From the NCBI GenBank assembly GCA_964016885.1, contig CAXHJY010000180.1:38800-102799 (forward strand): a DNA stretch of 64,000 nucleotides, given 5' to 3'. Position 1 is the first letter of the stretch, and each line of letters begins with the position of its first letter. This DNA is from Eledone cirrhosa (Eukaryota). The notes below the pieces were generated by a model. The model saw only the letters and a program-made list of their open reading frames with translations. It made no database searches and was not told the origin of the DNA. Made by a program: the position numbers and the translations under genes. Below, one piece after another: positions 13,600-26,503 of the stretch.

Positions 13600-14000
13600 C
13601 GAGGAGAAAAGAAGGTGTGACGAACGAGATCGGATTACAAATGGTATCCAAGCGGATATACGAATTAAACGAGTAAAAGAGAACAGGCTAGTGGAAATGA
13701 GAAATGTACGTGTGATATTCTATTGATATAGCTTATGCAGTTTCACGGAACGAATCTGGACCAACGTAATCCAGAGAACTACCGTTTACCATGTACGTAA
13801 ACTTAATGGAGGTTGGATGTTATACCGACTCTTTTAGTCGTTAGCGATAAGTCCGTGTAGTACCCCTATGTGGTGAATATTTGACTATATATAGCAAGAT
13901 TATGAGGAAAAACTTTTCATTGGCTAATTGGCATCATTTCAGTGGTTGCGGATAGGTTGCTGGAGAGGAGACAGTGTGGATGTTTGTTTTTTTGTTCCCT
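13600..14000 (-). mobile_element. Possible very decayed GIY-YIG/Penelope remnant
   Basis: Broken frame ..GTTRTYR*RLKE.. loosely resembles the YIG.T.R...RL.EH motif. Weak. Confidence 0.25.
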
Positions 14001-14314
14001 TTTTCGGTGGTACTGTTTGATGTTAGAAGTAAGGAACATGTAGTTATGTAATTAATTAAATTTAATTAATGATTTTTTTTTGGGGGGGGGGGTTATGGTT
14101 AGTATTCAAAATATTTTGATTAAGTTGGTCTAATTGTACAAGTAATAAAAATTATAAATAGTATAATATAACAATATAAATATTTAAAAAAAATGAAATT
14201 AAAATATAAGAATGTTAAAGTATAAAAGAAAATAAATATTATAACTTCAGATGTATACTAACATATAAAGTTAACCTAAATCAATAAAAATTAAAAATAT
14301 ATAAAAAAAACAAC

Positions 14315-14928
14315 ATAATTGTTTCTACTTTTTGGCACAAGGCCAGCAATTACTCAGTGCATTACTGGTACTTTATTTTATCGACCCCGTAAGGATGAAA
14401 GGCAAAGTCGACCTCAGCGGGATTTGAACTCAGATCGTTAAGGGACGTAACTATGCTGGAAAGCATGGCATCCGACCCTCTACCGATACTGCCAATCCAC
14501 AATGATTTCTGATTTAGGTAAAAGGTCAACAATTTTTTTTTTGGGGGGGGGGGGTAAGTCGATTAAATCAACCCCAGTACTTACTGGTGCTTTATTTTAT
14601 CGATACTGTAAAGATGAAAGACAAAGCTAAACTCGGCGGGATTTGAACTGAGAACGTAAAGGGACGTAACTATGCCATGAAGCATGGTGCCCGACGCTCT
14701 ATTGGTGCTGCTAATCCAACGCCTTTACCTAAATATAAATAATTGTTTTTACTTTTGGCACAAGGCCAGCAATTACCCAGTACATTACTGGTACTTTATT
14801 TTATCGACCCTGTAAGGATGAAAGGCAAAGTTAACCTCGGCGGGATTTGAACTCAGTTCGTAAAGAGACGTAACTGTGCTGCAAAACATGGCGTCTGACC
14901 CTCTACCGATACTGCTAATCCACCACCC
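14315..14928 (-). mobile_element. Three adjacent SINE family A copies
   Basis: Copies at about 14315-14500, 14503-14725 and 14741-14928. The third is bracketed by taaatataaataat (14730, 14936). Confidence 0.8.
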
Positions 14929-15539
14929 TTATACATAAATATAAATAATGATAGGATAGTTGGATAGGTCATTGGGGAAGTCTACTTGTATATAATTATT
15001 ACATATATTATAAATATCATAAACATTAGCTTATATCTACGCTATAATTAAAGTTAGTGTGGTTGTTTGTCTTCAGTTGAGTTAGCTCTAGGACCCGTAT
15101 TGTAATGTTGCAGCTGTAGGAATGTATCGAAGTAGGGAATTAGAACTGCAGGTAAACATGTACAACATTTAGTTGGTGTATGTCATTAGTTGGTTCTCCG
15201 GGTCGACGGTTAATAGTATTATGTATTTAATTAATTGCATTAATTACAATATAACCACCTGTCCCTTAATTAGATATAACCTGGAAACATTATCGACGGA
15301 AAATAGCACACAGATAACATACGATTACATCGTTTTATAGAAAAATTAAATCCAGGTCACCATGACCTCGATTCTATTCTATGCATATACATATATATAT
15401 ATTAGAAAGTGAGGTTTTTTTTACAAAATGAAAAATAACCGAGGTGTCCTACACGAGTGAAAGTATAAAGAAAAAAAGATAAAATCGAAAATGCAACTGG
15501 AGTCTTATTTTAAAAAATATATATTTTTTTATTTGGTTC

Positions 15540-15575
15540 CTTTACCGGTTTTGCAGTTCTTCTGCTTTTCAAAAG
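15540..15575 (-). ncRNA. Degenerate minimal type I hammerhead (U3-A8 core, G12A)
   Basis: ctt-TTGAAAA-gcag aagaa ctgc-AAAA-ccgg-TA-aag, with palindromic stem III ACCGGT. Confidence 0.45.
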
Positions 15576-15630
15576 TAGAGTTGAGATGGCGGTCTGTGGT
15601 TTTTCCACGCACACATATATATATATATAT

Positions 15631-16748
15631 ATATTGTTATGCTTTGGGGGGGTCATGTTGCCAATAAGAAACACACGCACCAGTTGCTTTCACTCCAATT
15701 TATTATAAATTAAATTTAAAAATTTAAGAATTTATAAATTTCCGGTTGGTTGGTTGGTTCCGCAACCGGACGGTTGTTCATATATTGTCAAAGTTCTTTC
15801 GTTACACATTATGTGACCTCTTCAGTGACTAGGGATTCTTTTCTTTGTTTTTGTGCCTCTCCTTTGTTCTGTCCTACGCCATCTTGTTTTTGTGTGTGTT
15901 GTGTGCTTAGTTTGCGCATGTGTTACATCCGGGTGTTTGTGTATGTTTATATTTGTTTATTTACATGTTACTGGTTGGTTGTTTGTTCTATGTGTGTGTG
16001 AGGTTTTCATTTTGTCCTTAATTGTAAGTTGTGATGTTGCTATTCCATTCATGTTTTCTATTTAATTTTGGTTGGAGTTCATTTATGTTTATTGCCTCTG
16101 TGATTTGTCTAAACATTGCCTCTTTTCTGTGTGTAGATTCTATTTTTATTTCTATGTTCTCTAATTTACCCTTATGTTCTATTTTAGCATGTTAGTGGAG
16201 TACAGATGATTCTTTTCTATCTTGAAGCCAGTGTTCATTTATCCGTTCTCCTATACTATGAGCTGTCTCACCTATGTACACTATATTCTTATCTCTACAT
16301 TGAACTCCAACCAAAATTAAATAGAAAACATGAATGGAATAGCAACATCACAACTTACAATTAAGGACAAAATGAAAACACACACACACATAGAACAAAC
16401 AACCAACCAGTAACATGTAAATAAACAAATATAAACACACAGGCACTCGGATGTAACGCATGCGCAAACTAAGCACACAACACACACAAAAACAAGATAG
16501 CGTAGGACAGAACAAAGGAGAGGCACAAAAACAAAGAAAAGAATCCCCAGTCACTGAAGAGGTCGCAGAATGTGTGACGAAAGAACTTTGACAATATATG
16601 AACAACCGTCCGGTTGTAGAACCAACCAACCAACCGGAAATTTATAAATTCTTAAATTTCTAAATTTAATTTATAATAAATTGGAGTGAAAGCAACTGGT
16701 GCGTGTATTTCTTATTGGCAACATGACCCTCCCAAAGCATAACAATAT
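15631..16748. repeat. Long inverted repeat: arms 15631-16081 and 16301-16748, about 220-bp spacer
   Basis: The arms are reverse complements with scattered substitutions, which also explains the mirrored ORFs in the track. Flanked by (TA)n. Confidence 0.9.
16550..16592 (+). ncRNA. Type I hammerhead-like motif (mirror copy on the minus strand at about 15788-15830)
   Basis: gtca-CTGAAGA-g gtcgca gaatg tgtgac-GAAA-gaac-TT-tgac. Confidence 0.55.
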
Positions 16749-17105
16749 CGGTTTCAACACACGTTTTCAGATAAAGAATTTTGCTAAACAAATTCAGAAA
16801 CGAAATATATATATATATATGCACACATGCATATATATATTTGTATATATATATATATATATACACACATGCATATACATACATATACATACACACATAT
16901 ACATATGCATGGATTCACAATCGTGAGATTCTGATTTAGATTCCTGGACCAGGCGATACGTTGTGTCCTTGAGCAAGACACCTTTTTACACTTTGCTCCT
17001 TCTGCCTGGAGTTGCGACCGACAGATAGTATTAACAATTGGTCCGATTTGAAGAGCTCCACCCCACTCGTTAAGCAAATGTGGTCTGGGATCTTGTCGAT
17101 CGACA

Positions 17106-17136
<31 letters not shown>

Positions 17137-17139
17137 GTA

Positions 17140-17246
17140 ATAATTGTTTCCACTTTTGGCACAAGGCCAGCAATTAACCAGTGTATTACTGGTACTTTAT
17201 TTTATCGACCCCGTAAGGATGAAAGGCAAAGTTAACCTCAACGGGA
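17140..17246 (-). mobile_element. 5'-truncated SINE family A within (TA)n
   Basis: Tail and core are present and the head is missing. Confidence 0.75.
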
Positions 17247-17285
17247 TTACTATATATATATATAGTAATAATAATAAATTTGAAG

Positions 17286-17336
17286 AGTTTCAGAAGATCC
17301 CGTTAAGGGTGAAAGCAGCGATTCTTTGCTTAAACT
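17286..17336 (+). ncRNA. Solo Penelope pLTR hammerhead-like motif (CAGAAGA core)
   Basis: agttt-CAGAAGA-t ccc gttaa ggg t-GAAA-gca gcgattctt tgc-TT-aaact, identical to the termini of the PLE at 27550-30850. A partial copy lies at 18021-18080. Confidence 0.6.
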
Positions 17337-17491
17337 TTAATCTGTTATTTTAATAAATAAATAAAAATATATATATTTTTTTTTTTTTTTTTTCACATTT
17401 TACCCCGTTCCTTCCACTTACCACTCTTTACTTTCCGGCACAGTACATGAAAGAAATATATTAGTTTAACGCTTGAAATAGCTGGAATAGA

Positions 17492-17529
17492 ATCTTAACG
17501 TTTCGGACATTAGTCCTTCATCAGAAGAT
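17492..17529 (-). ncRNA. Minimal type I hammerhead ribozyme
   Basis: atctt-CTGATGA-a ggac taat gtcc-GAAA-cg-TT-aagat, with palindromic stem III ACGT. Confidence 0.7.
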
Positions 17530-17867
17530 AGAGTTAGAAACAGAAGATAAATTGAACGTAATGAGTGATAAGAGGAAAGAACGGGGTAAAAATAGAGAAA
17601 ATGGGGCATAAAAAACACACGTGCATATTTGGTCGGCCATCTTGGAATGTGGCTGGTCAAGGGATATTTTCCGCGTTAGAGAAGTATAGGAAGGGAGGTA
17701 ATCAATGTATATGTGAGGTGGACATGTCAGTATGCGTGTGTGTGCGTGTGAAGGTGTGTTCGTATGTTTAAACGACCATGTCTCTTTGAATCAAGCATGA
17801 ACTTCGATGTGATTATCATCTTAAAACCCCTTCTGGGTTCTGTATTGAACACTCTCTAGATTTGTAT

Positions 17868-17908
17868 GCCCTTGAGAAGCCCTTTTCGGGCGAAACGTAT
17901 GTAGGTGC
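17868..17908 (+). ncRNA. Type I hammerhead motif, U3-A8 core variant
   Basis: gccc-TTGAGAA-gccc ttttc gggc-GAAA-cgtatg-TA-ggtgc. Stem I is weak. Confidence 0.55.
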
Positions 17909-18085
17909 TTTTGTATAAACATGTTCTAACAGTCTGTATTCTCCTTTGTAATCCTTTCATTTATATATATATATATATATTTATATGTATATATATATAT
18001 ATAGTAATAATACTATTTCACCCGTTAAGGGTGAAAGCAGCGATTCTTTGCTTAAACTTTAATCTGTTATTTTAATAAATATAAA

Positions 18086-18162
<77 letters not shown>

Positions 18163-19299
18163 AAAAATATAAAATAACCAAAGCTACTCTGTATTATATT
18201 ACAAACTGAAATGGGCGTGTCTTCTTTCATACGTATTTTGTTGAGTAAATGTCTCAATGAATAATTAAAATTGTGTATAGTTATTTAGGGTGGTATCTGT
18301 AGTGCATTTATTTTAACTAAACTTGAAACTCGGCTGGAGGTGGGACTGCTTGATTAACAACAACGGAAATAGAACCGGTTCTACAATTTCTCACTCACTC
18401 TTCTTTTTTTCCGCTACAATTCTGCTCAATGACTCATAACAAAAAAGAAAAAAATAGGTAAAAGTGAATTCATGTAGTAACGGAAATCCAGCTGCTAGGT
18501 CGCTATCTTACTATTGAACAGTACATTGTGTCCTACCTTCCACATCCGCAAATATCTTAGCTCCTCATTAGCCCAGTCAGTAATATTTTAGATATACATA
18601 GCTACAGTGATATTGCTGCTGTAAACAAAAGAGCTTACACGAGGAATATTATTCAACATAGATAGGCCAATGTCGTCGCTCGACCTGCTAGAATTAGCAT
18701 CAAGATCTTCTTCATACGACACCCTAAATAGGGAAAGTTTATATCGGAAATACATTTCTAGTTACATTGTACCAGGAAAACAGAAATGGGCTAGGTACGA
18801 CTAAAATACCTTCGATTTACTCGATTAGCACGACGAGGCTTGGGTTGAACCGAAGTTATGGTAAAGATGTCCAACATGTCACGTAGAGTGATCAAATTCG
18901 AGACTTCATAATTGCAAAGCAAGCTGTTTAGCCACTATATATCTATATATCTATCACTCTACGTGACATCTTGGGCAAATGTTTTTTACCATAGCCTCGG
19001 GCCAGCCCGAGCCTCTTCAGTCCTAATCAAGAAAAATAAAATATTCATTGTTTCGCAATGACCAGATAAAGTACAGTAGCAATGAGCAACAAGGAGACTG
19101 GATCTGGCCGCGATGGTAATGTTTCGTGTTCTGTTGTCGATTTGTCTCCTAGTATTGTCATTTTGATATGTCCCGAGTACCCACCTCCACAAAAACAAAA
19201 CCCACTTAACGCATCATTGGCCAAGACCATTTAGCTTTTAATAGGTATTACATTGTAAACTTGTAGTAAACAACAGCAGGAACATTTTAAAATTGACAA

Positions 19300-20303
19300 T
19301 TGCTGGATCCCCACAGTCAGGGCATAGAAGAACAAAACTAAATACGGCAATTCAAAACAGTTCAGTTAACCACAGTCTTTATACAATTGTTATTGTAACA
19401 ATTGTATCAGTGTCAACTTACTGAGTCAGTACCTTCCATCCAACTCTAGAATTTACTTCAATCATTTCCGAAGCTTCAGGTACTTTTATCAACATTTCGT
19501 TGACTATTTATAGCCATTAATCTTTATCATGGTAAATTTAATCCGCCACCCATTTTAACACTACCATTTAGCCCTTGTGTGTCTTTAGAAGATTCCACTC
19601 TTTTTCAAGTATTCGAGGAATGTCCCCAGTTTGAGGATATATCCCACCTTTGCACCAATACTGAAGACCCTGAAAAGTGACATGGACACTGTTATTTTCT
19701 CCTATTTACGTAAAACATAATTCTAGCCCTGCTGATTCACCAACCTATTTTCACCCTACTCACACTAAAACTGTCCTCTTTCAATTTCGCCGACTTTGTC
19801 AAATATGCAATAAGGATTTAAATTTCCCTTCAAAATCCGAATAAATACGCCAAATGCCGTTCGAAATTATGACAGGATCTCTGCTCTTTTTGCTTAAACA
19901 GCCGAATATACGGTGATTGCTTCCACATCCTCGCATTATTCTCCATAACTTCTATTTCTTTTCCTTTGGCCCTCAAACTATTCATATATTTAATAAAGAC
20001 CAAACCTTTCGCAGCATTCTAATTGGATGCTTTACCCATTTGTTTCTACTTCTCTAAAAGTGCATTCACAGCCATTACCAAATCACCGACCACTTTAATA
20101 GTACTTTTGACTGTAGTGTGTTAAAAAAAAATTCATATTTTCACGTGAAAGATTTTAGCTTCGAGGTTTCTTTTTTTCTTTTTAATTAAAACTGAAACAC
20201 TGGGGGCACCATGAAACTAACTTAAGGGATCGGCATAAGCAAATACTAAAGAGAAATAATTCTTTGAATGGGCATAGTATTTCAACAACATTTGGAAGTC
20301 CTG
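19300..20303 (-). mobile_element. Possible decayed hAT transposase remnant
   Basis: Broken frame F..HLAYL.. resembles the LAYL.DIF..LN motif of Buster/Charlie transposases, and a CAG-type terminus lies near 20303. Weak. Confidence 0.3.
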
Positions 20304-20475
20304 TGAGATTTAAGCTATATACATTTACATGACAAAGAACGTATGTGTTCTAGTTTTCGATTGGGTTGAATGCAAGAAATAATTGACGTAACAGCTGCAA
20401 AACCTAAAATGTTCGGAAGTCAAACAAACGTATCGAGTCATCAGTCTCGTTTACAAGTTGTCTGTGTATGTTTGT

Positions 20476-20780
20476 GAAGGTGCGTGACTGCGTGCGCAAG
20501 GTGCTCAGCTTACAATCGTAATATCGGGAATTCGATTTCCGGTGGCGCGTTGTGTCCACCAGTAAAATACTTTATTTCACGTTGCTGCCATTCACTCAGC
20601 TTAAAAAGATGAATTATAAATGTAATTCAAAGAACCAACCTTGTCGCATAACGTGTTACGCTGAATCTTCATGAGAAATACCTTAAAGATATACGTTTCG
20701 ATCAAATACTCAGCCGCACTTCCATGTTAATTTTACGAATAAGATGTTCCATTGATCGAACTACTGAAACACTCATAGTA
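20476..20780 (+). mobile_element. Diverged SINE family B; related pieces near 16905-17100, 20990-21090 and 25945-26040
   Basis: tRNA-like head followed by ttgtgtcc..a.actttatttcacgttgct..cattcactcagc. The 16960 copy has ttgtgtccttgagcaagacacc. Confidence 0.55.
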
Positions 20781-22012
20781 GAGACCGGCGGAAATCTATT
20801 CACATAAAGAAAAAATGAATTCATTTCTAATCGAAATGTAATTTTCAAGCAGCGATTATAGCTTTTACATACATTACATGTATTCTTTTCTTTCCCTATT
20901 GCTGTCCCTTTGAATTACAGGCATAATCCGATGAGCTTCCCAATAGATTCCGATTACACAATTTCACTTAAAAATCATATGTTGGCATGACGCTCTGGTA
21001 AATGTCACTTGCACAAGATGCTACGCAGTGGGATCGAACCCGAACCTACTGATTGTGAAGCGAACTTCTTAATCGTTCAGTCATGCTGTGTCCACATCCT
21101 CCTTGTGCAATTGAGTAATGATAAACCTTATCGGTTCGGTTTTATCGCATACATAAATACAGCTGCTTGTTTATCTCTGTATTGATTAGGCGAACTAAAT
21201 ATGTGCAAATTTATAGACCAACGGGTAAGTATCTGGCCAGGTAAGGGCATTCTGTGATCTTCAGCTCCGATCTCTAGCAAATTTATTTCATTTATCCCGC
21301 TAATGGAAGGGCGGTGTCCCAGCATGGCCTCAGCCGGATGGCTGGAACAGATAAAAGAATAATGTTCTGGAGAAATGAATGTACGTCGTGCTTTATAAAA
21401 TGTACAGTTGTTGTGGTTTACCAAAACCAAACTATCAAAATAGAATGATAGTCATGTTTTCCCCTCTATCTACTTTGAGCCAGCAAGAAAACCTCCACGT
21501 GAAATAACAACCAAATTTCTAACAACTAGAAATAACAACCAAATCTCCTCGAAGAGAGAGAATAGATGGACAATGTATTCACTGTAGCTATAAAATTGAT
21601 GGGATACTCATGGCTAGTATCATAAATAGGTCTGCTCGAGGAAGGCGGACTAAAGACTAAAGAACAATATTAATAACTGTTATTCAATATTTCCTATCTG
21701 CATTAACGCAACAATGTCATTAACAGTATCATTATAGCCACTCCATACTCCACTCTACTTTAATACTCATTCCTAACTGCTATCTACATCGGCACACAAA
21801 CCTCATTAACAGTAATTCTATATCTATTATCTAAATTAACACAACAGACTTAATAGCAGTTATTCGTACACCCTATAAACATTAACTCGTACGACAATGG
21901 ACTTAACACTCATATTCACAGTCAGCCAGTTCATGAAAAACATGCGTTATAAACAATTTTAATGTGTAGTAATGCTAATCTCTTCACTATATTTGTCGGC
22001 AATATTCTACAT

Positions 22013-22690
22013 CACAGGTTCTCAACCCATTTAGGCCAAACGCCCCCTTTGTTCCTCGAAATCACGAAACGCCCCCCCCCCCCCCTATTTTTCCATTTTT
22101 CAATATACTACTGATTTTTATATCAGTAGATTACTAAAATATTGATTAACAATATTCCAAAGATGTGTGTATTATCTGATTATGTGTTGTATGTGGTCCT
22201 AGATGTGTGTGCTACCCGCTTCTGTTTTTTCTTTTCTTTTTTTTATTTGTAATATTATTTATACAATAGGGAATAAAATAGATTTACATAGTGTTAACTC
22301 GTTGCGGTTGAGTCAATAATTTCAGACATGAAATACATTGTTATCGGTGAAGGAAAGACAAGATTCTAACTGGCTGCGCTCAAAGTGTCTTTGACCCAGT
22401 TGACTGTGGGTTTTTCCATTTTTAGGATCTCAATTACCGGACATGCCTGCACACCTGCTCACAGCTGCGGTCAGACTATAGTTATGCTGTCTGCAAGGTC
22501 ATTCAAATGCATTCACACTGGCTGTCTCAAAGACATACAAATATGGCTTATAAAACTTACCAAAATAAAGAGCCTTCCAGCGCCCCCCTATACCCCCCCC
22601 CCCCAGCTCCAAGCGATCTTGCTCCCAAACGCTCCCCTGGCGTTCCGAAACGTCCACGGGGGTGCATATGCCCCCCGTTGAGAACCTTTG
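22013..22690. mobile_element. Non-autonomous hAT (Charlie-like) element
   Basis: TIRs cacaggttctcaac / gttgagaacctttg and a perfect 8-bp TSD ttctacat (22005-22012, 22691-22698). Confidence 0.9.
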
Positions 22691-23600
22691 TTCTACATGA
22701 TCCATCCATGCATGATCCTTTAACACTTTTTTGAGCCATAGGCACCCTGTTGTGATATACGGCGTGGCTTGGGCATTTAAAGCTGGCGCTAAACACCCCT
22801 CCCAATATCTGAACACAGTCAAATTCTTCCAGAGAAAGAGAGGAGGTTAGAAATAGATATAGAGGAAGAATGAACCCTTGTGTCGGTACTTTATTTATCA
22901 ACCCTGAAAGGGTGAAAGGCAAAGTTGATTTCGGTGAAATTTGAACTCAAAGTGGAAAGTATTACAATAAACTGTTTAAGATACAGTCGATGAACACTTT
23001 ACTCAAGTAGCGATTGCTTGACATACCTATCATTTATAGATATGAACAAATAGGTAACTAGACACGACATCGAAATGTCAAGCAATCATTTCTTTCTTGA
23101 ATATCAAGTAAAAAGGCATACCTGGCGACGATGACCCCAAAGAGCAATACATTACTTGAAGTTTTTTGTTTAATATTATGTAAAACACATGAATTGTGCT
23201 ATTTTTTAATATCATTCTCACTAAATGCTGTGAATCTAATCCAAAATATGCAACACTGCCAAAATTACATATAATTTGTTGCTTTAATTAGAAATAACCA
23301 TCCGTATTAAAGATTAATATGGCATTTAAATGTTTTATTTATTAGTTAGTTATATATGTACATATACATAATCTATACAGTACTTCATGACATATACTGT
23401 AAATCGAACAAATGACGATCTACCATATTGGAATATTTTACTCATTTTTAATCCGAGGATAAACAATATTATTCGTACAGCGTAGGTTTTAAAAAATAGT
23501 GATCCCGTCATCACCACCGTCCTATCCTCTCTTCCTCTCTCTTTTCATCCTCTTCATACAGCATAACAAACAATTTACGCCACAGATACAACTACTTTAA

Positions 23601-23808
23601 CCCTTTAGAATTTACATTACTCTATATATATACTATTGTATTTTACCTCACATAATGATCTCACGTAATATCGATTCTATAAGATTTTGATATTATTTAT
23701 TTTGAGAACAATATCTTAACATCAGTATGAGCGGCTGGTTACAGCCAGTTTGAGCAGAAAGAGATGAAAGAATTCTGGCCGGATACAGCCGGTTTAAATG
23801 CTAAAGGG
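23601..23808. mobile_element. piggyBac-type MITE
   Basis: TTAA on both sides (23597-23600, 23809-23812) and TIRs ccctttag.attta / taaat.ctaaaggg. Confidence 0.85.
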
Positions 23809-23867
23809 TTAATATAATAGACATGTTTTAATTTCGTTTACTTTTATAATATATGTATAAAGCAGAC

Positions 23868-24625
23868 AGAAAATAATTGTTTTTACTTTTACATCGACCC
23901 TAGTGCATTACTGATGCTTTATATTATCGACCCTGTAAGGATGAAAGGCAAAGCTAACCTTGGCAGGATTTGAACTCAGGCGTAAAGGGACTATGTCACA
24001 AAGCATGTTGTCTGACGCTCTACCAATACTGCCAATCTAGAAAATAATTGTTTCTACATTTGGCACAAGGCCAGCAATTATCCCAGTGTATTACTGTTAC
24101 TTTATTTTATCGACCCCGTAAGGATGAAAGGCAAAGTTAACCTCGGCGGGATTTGAACTCAGTCCGTAAAGGGATGTAACTGTGCTGAAAAGCATGGCGT
24201 CCGACCCTCTACCGATACTGCCAATCCTAGAAAATAATTGTTTCTATTTTGGGCACAAGGCCAGCAATTACCCAGTACATTACTGGTACTTTATTTTATC
24301 GACCCCGTAAAGATGAAAGGCAAAGTTAACCTCGGCGGGATTTGAACTCAGACTGTAAAGGAACGTAACTATGCTAGAACGCATGGCGTCCAACCCTCTA
24401 CCGATACTGCCAATTCACCCCACCAGAAAATAATTGTTTCTACTTTAGGCACAAGGCCAGCAATTACCCAGTGCATTACTGGTACTTTATTTTATCGACC
24501 CCGTAAGGATGAAAGGCAAAGTCAACCTTGGCGGGATTTGAACTCAGATCATAAAGGGACGTAACTATGCTGGAAAGCATGGCGTCCGACCCTCTACCGA
24601 TACTGCCAATCCACCAGAAAATAAT
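23868..24625 (-). mobile_element. Four head-to-tail SINE family A copies
   Basis: Units are delimited by agaaaataat at 23868, 24039, 24229, 24425 and 24616. Confidence 0.9.
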
Positions 24626-24816
24626 GCAATCCTGACACGATTCAGAAATTGTGGCTAGATTATTCAAACTACACTTTCAAATTGTACATCAATGATAATT
24701 AATTTTGTAATTTCAACTACAGGAAAAAAAGTTTTTTCATATCCAAGTCGTCCAAATCATAGAAAATAATATTGTAATTTTCATAATTAACAAAGATTTT
24801 TCTTTCAGTGTTCTCT

Positions 24817-24851
<35 letters not shown>

Positions 24852-25280
24852 GGAGAGAGAGAGAGAGCGAGAGCGAGAGAGAGAGAGAGAGAGAGATCAA
24901 TCGCCCAAAGCAGAGAATCGGAACTAAGCATTTGCATTTATGGTTTTGCTACACGATTTTGTCGAGATATTTAACGCAAAAATTATTTCTCTCTCCACCA
25001 AATATCGTGCCCTAACATTTGTTTGGCATATACTCTTCAGTGATGTACAATCTCATGTTTTTACTCGGCTATTATTCTTTAAACTTTATCCATATTTTTT
25101 CTCACTGAAAGTATTCTAGCCTGACAGGCCGAGTTTTCCACCTAGTTTCCATTCTTTATTGAAACAAATTCAATTCTCTTCCGTCCTTACTATCCTTGAG
25201 TACACGACCTAGAGCAAGAATTAAGCATTTACCAAGCTGATACGGTTTACATTTCACTTACACCATTAATGCCATTAAAG

Positions 25281-25475
25281 CAGACCTGCCAACCTCTAAA
25301 AACCCAAAGGTGGTGTACCATGAAAAAAATGTACTCCAAAACGGGGAGATATGAAGAAAAATGGGAGATTTTACATAATGAAGGTTATACCCATTTTCAC
25401 AAGAGAAGACATCTTTCACCCACCCCAAAGTGAGTGGGAGATCTCCCTGTCGGACGGGGAGAATTGACAGGTCTG
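25281..25475. mobile_element. MITE with 6-bp TSD (superfamily not assigned)
   Basis: TIRs cagacctgccaa / ttgacaggtctg, with ttaaag directly on both sides (25275-25280, 25476-25481). Confidence 0.8.
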
Positions 25476-26305
25476 TTAAAGAAGGGATGAATGTTACAAG
25501 AACTCATTTACTCACACTTCAACGTTTGACTCTTGTGTACAGTAAAAACAGAAACAATATTATTTTGAAACAGAACCCGTCCGCAAATGTGGTGATTAGT
25601 TACTATTAAGCTGAGTCATTGAAGATGTTGATGTTGTTTTGAGAAGTATTTAATTATATACTTAGTTATATACTTAGGGTCGATAAAATAAAACACCACT
25701 AATGCACTGGGGTCGATTTAATAAACTTTCCCCTTCCACCAAATTGCTGGTCTTGTGTCTAAATCAGAAACCAGTATAATCTATTTTATTCCAATGAAGT
25801 TAGTTTCACATGATTTTATTTTAGTCAAATTTTATATACAACCAATATCCAGAAAAAACCATTCGTAAAAAACTATTTATCAATGAATGTACTAAAGAAA
25901 TTACCTAACAGAGCATTAACTATTTTTTCCTGATAAAATATGGCGGCATGATTAAGAACATCGCTTCCAAATTACATGCTTCTGGGTTCGATCCCACATG
26001 CGTGGCACGTTGAGAAGGTGTCTTCTGCCATAGCCTCGAAGACTTGTGAACGCAGGACATCTCGTCTAATGCTCTAAACATTCTGCCAATTCACCACCCA
26101 AGACTGGTACTTTATTTGTCGGTCCTGAATGGATGAAAGTTAAAGATGTCGGGAACAAATTCTGCAAGGCATTTTGGTCTACCCTCTAACGACTGTCAAT
26201 TCACTGTCATTAGATTGTATATACTTACTTCTTTCCGAATCTGTTCTCTCTCTCTCTCTTTCTTTCTAACTATGGGTGTGTGGTGTCACTTTATGTATTT
26301 TGTTG

Positions 26306-26336
<31 letters not shown>

Positions 26337-26453
26337 CAACTAGCCTTAGCAACTCTCACTTAGCATATGTGAGAGTGATTATTTTTATACTTAAATGTAT
26401 CTGTGGAAGGGTGTGACTGCATGCGTGTATCTCTCTCCGTTTTTGCATATATA

Positions 26454-26503
<50 letters not shown>

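Noticed and set aside
15750-16629. Duplicated Cys/Val-rich ORFs on opposite strands
   Set aside because: By-product of the inverted repeat and TG-rich sequence.
23868-24625. CRISPR-like regular spacing of agaaaataattg
   Set aside because: The intervening sequences are homologous SINE copies, not unique spacers. The context is eukaryotic and there are no cas genes.
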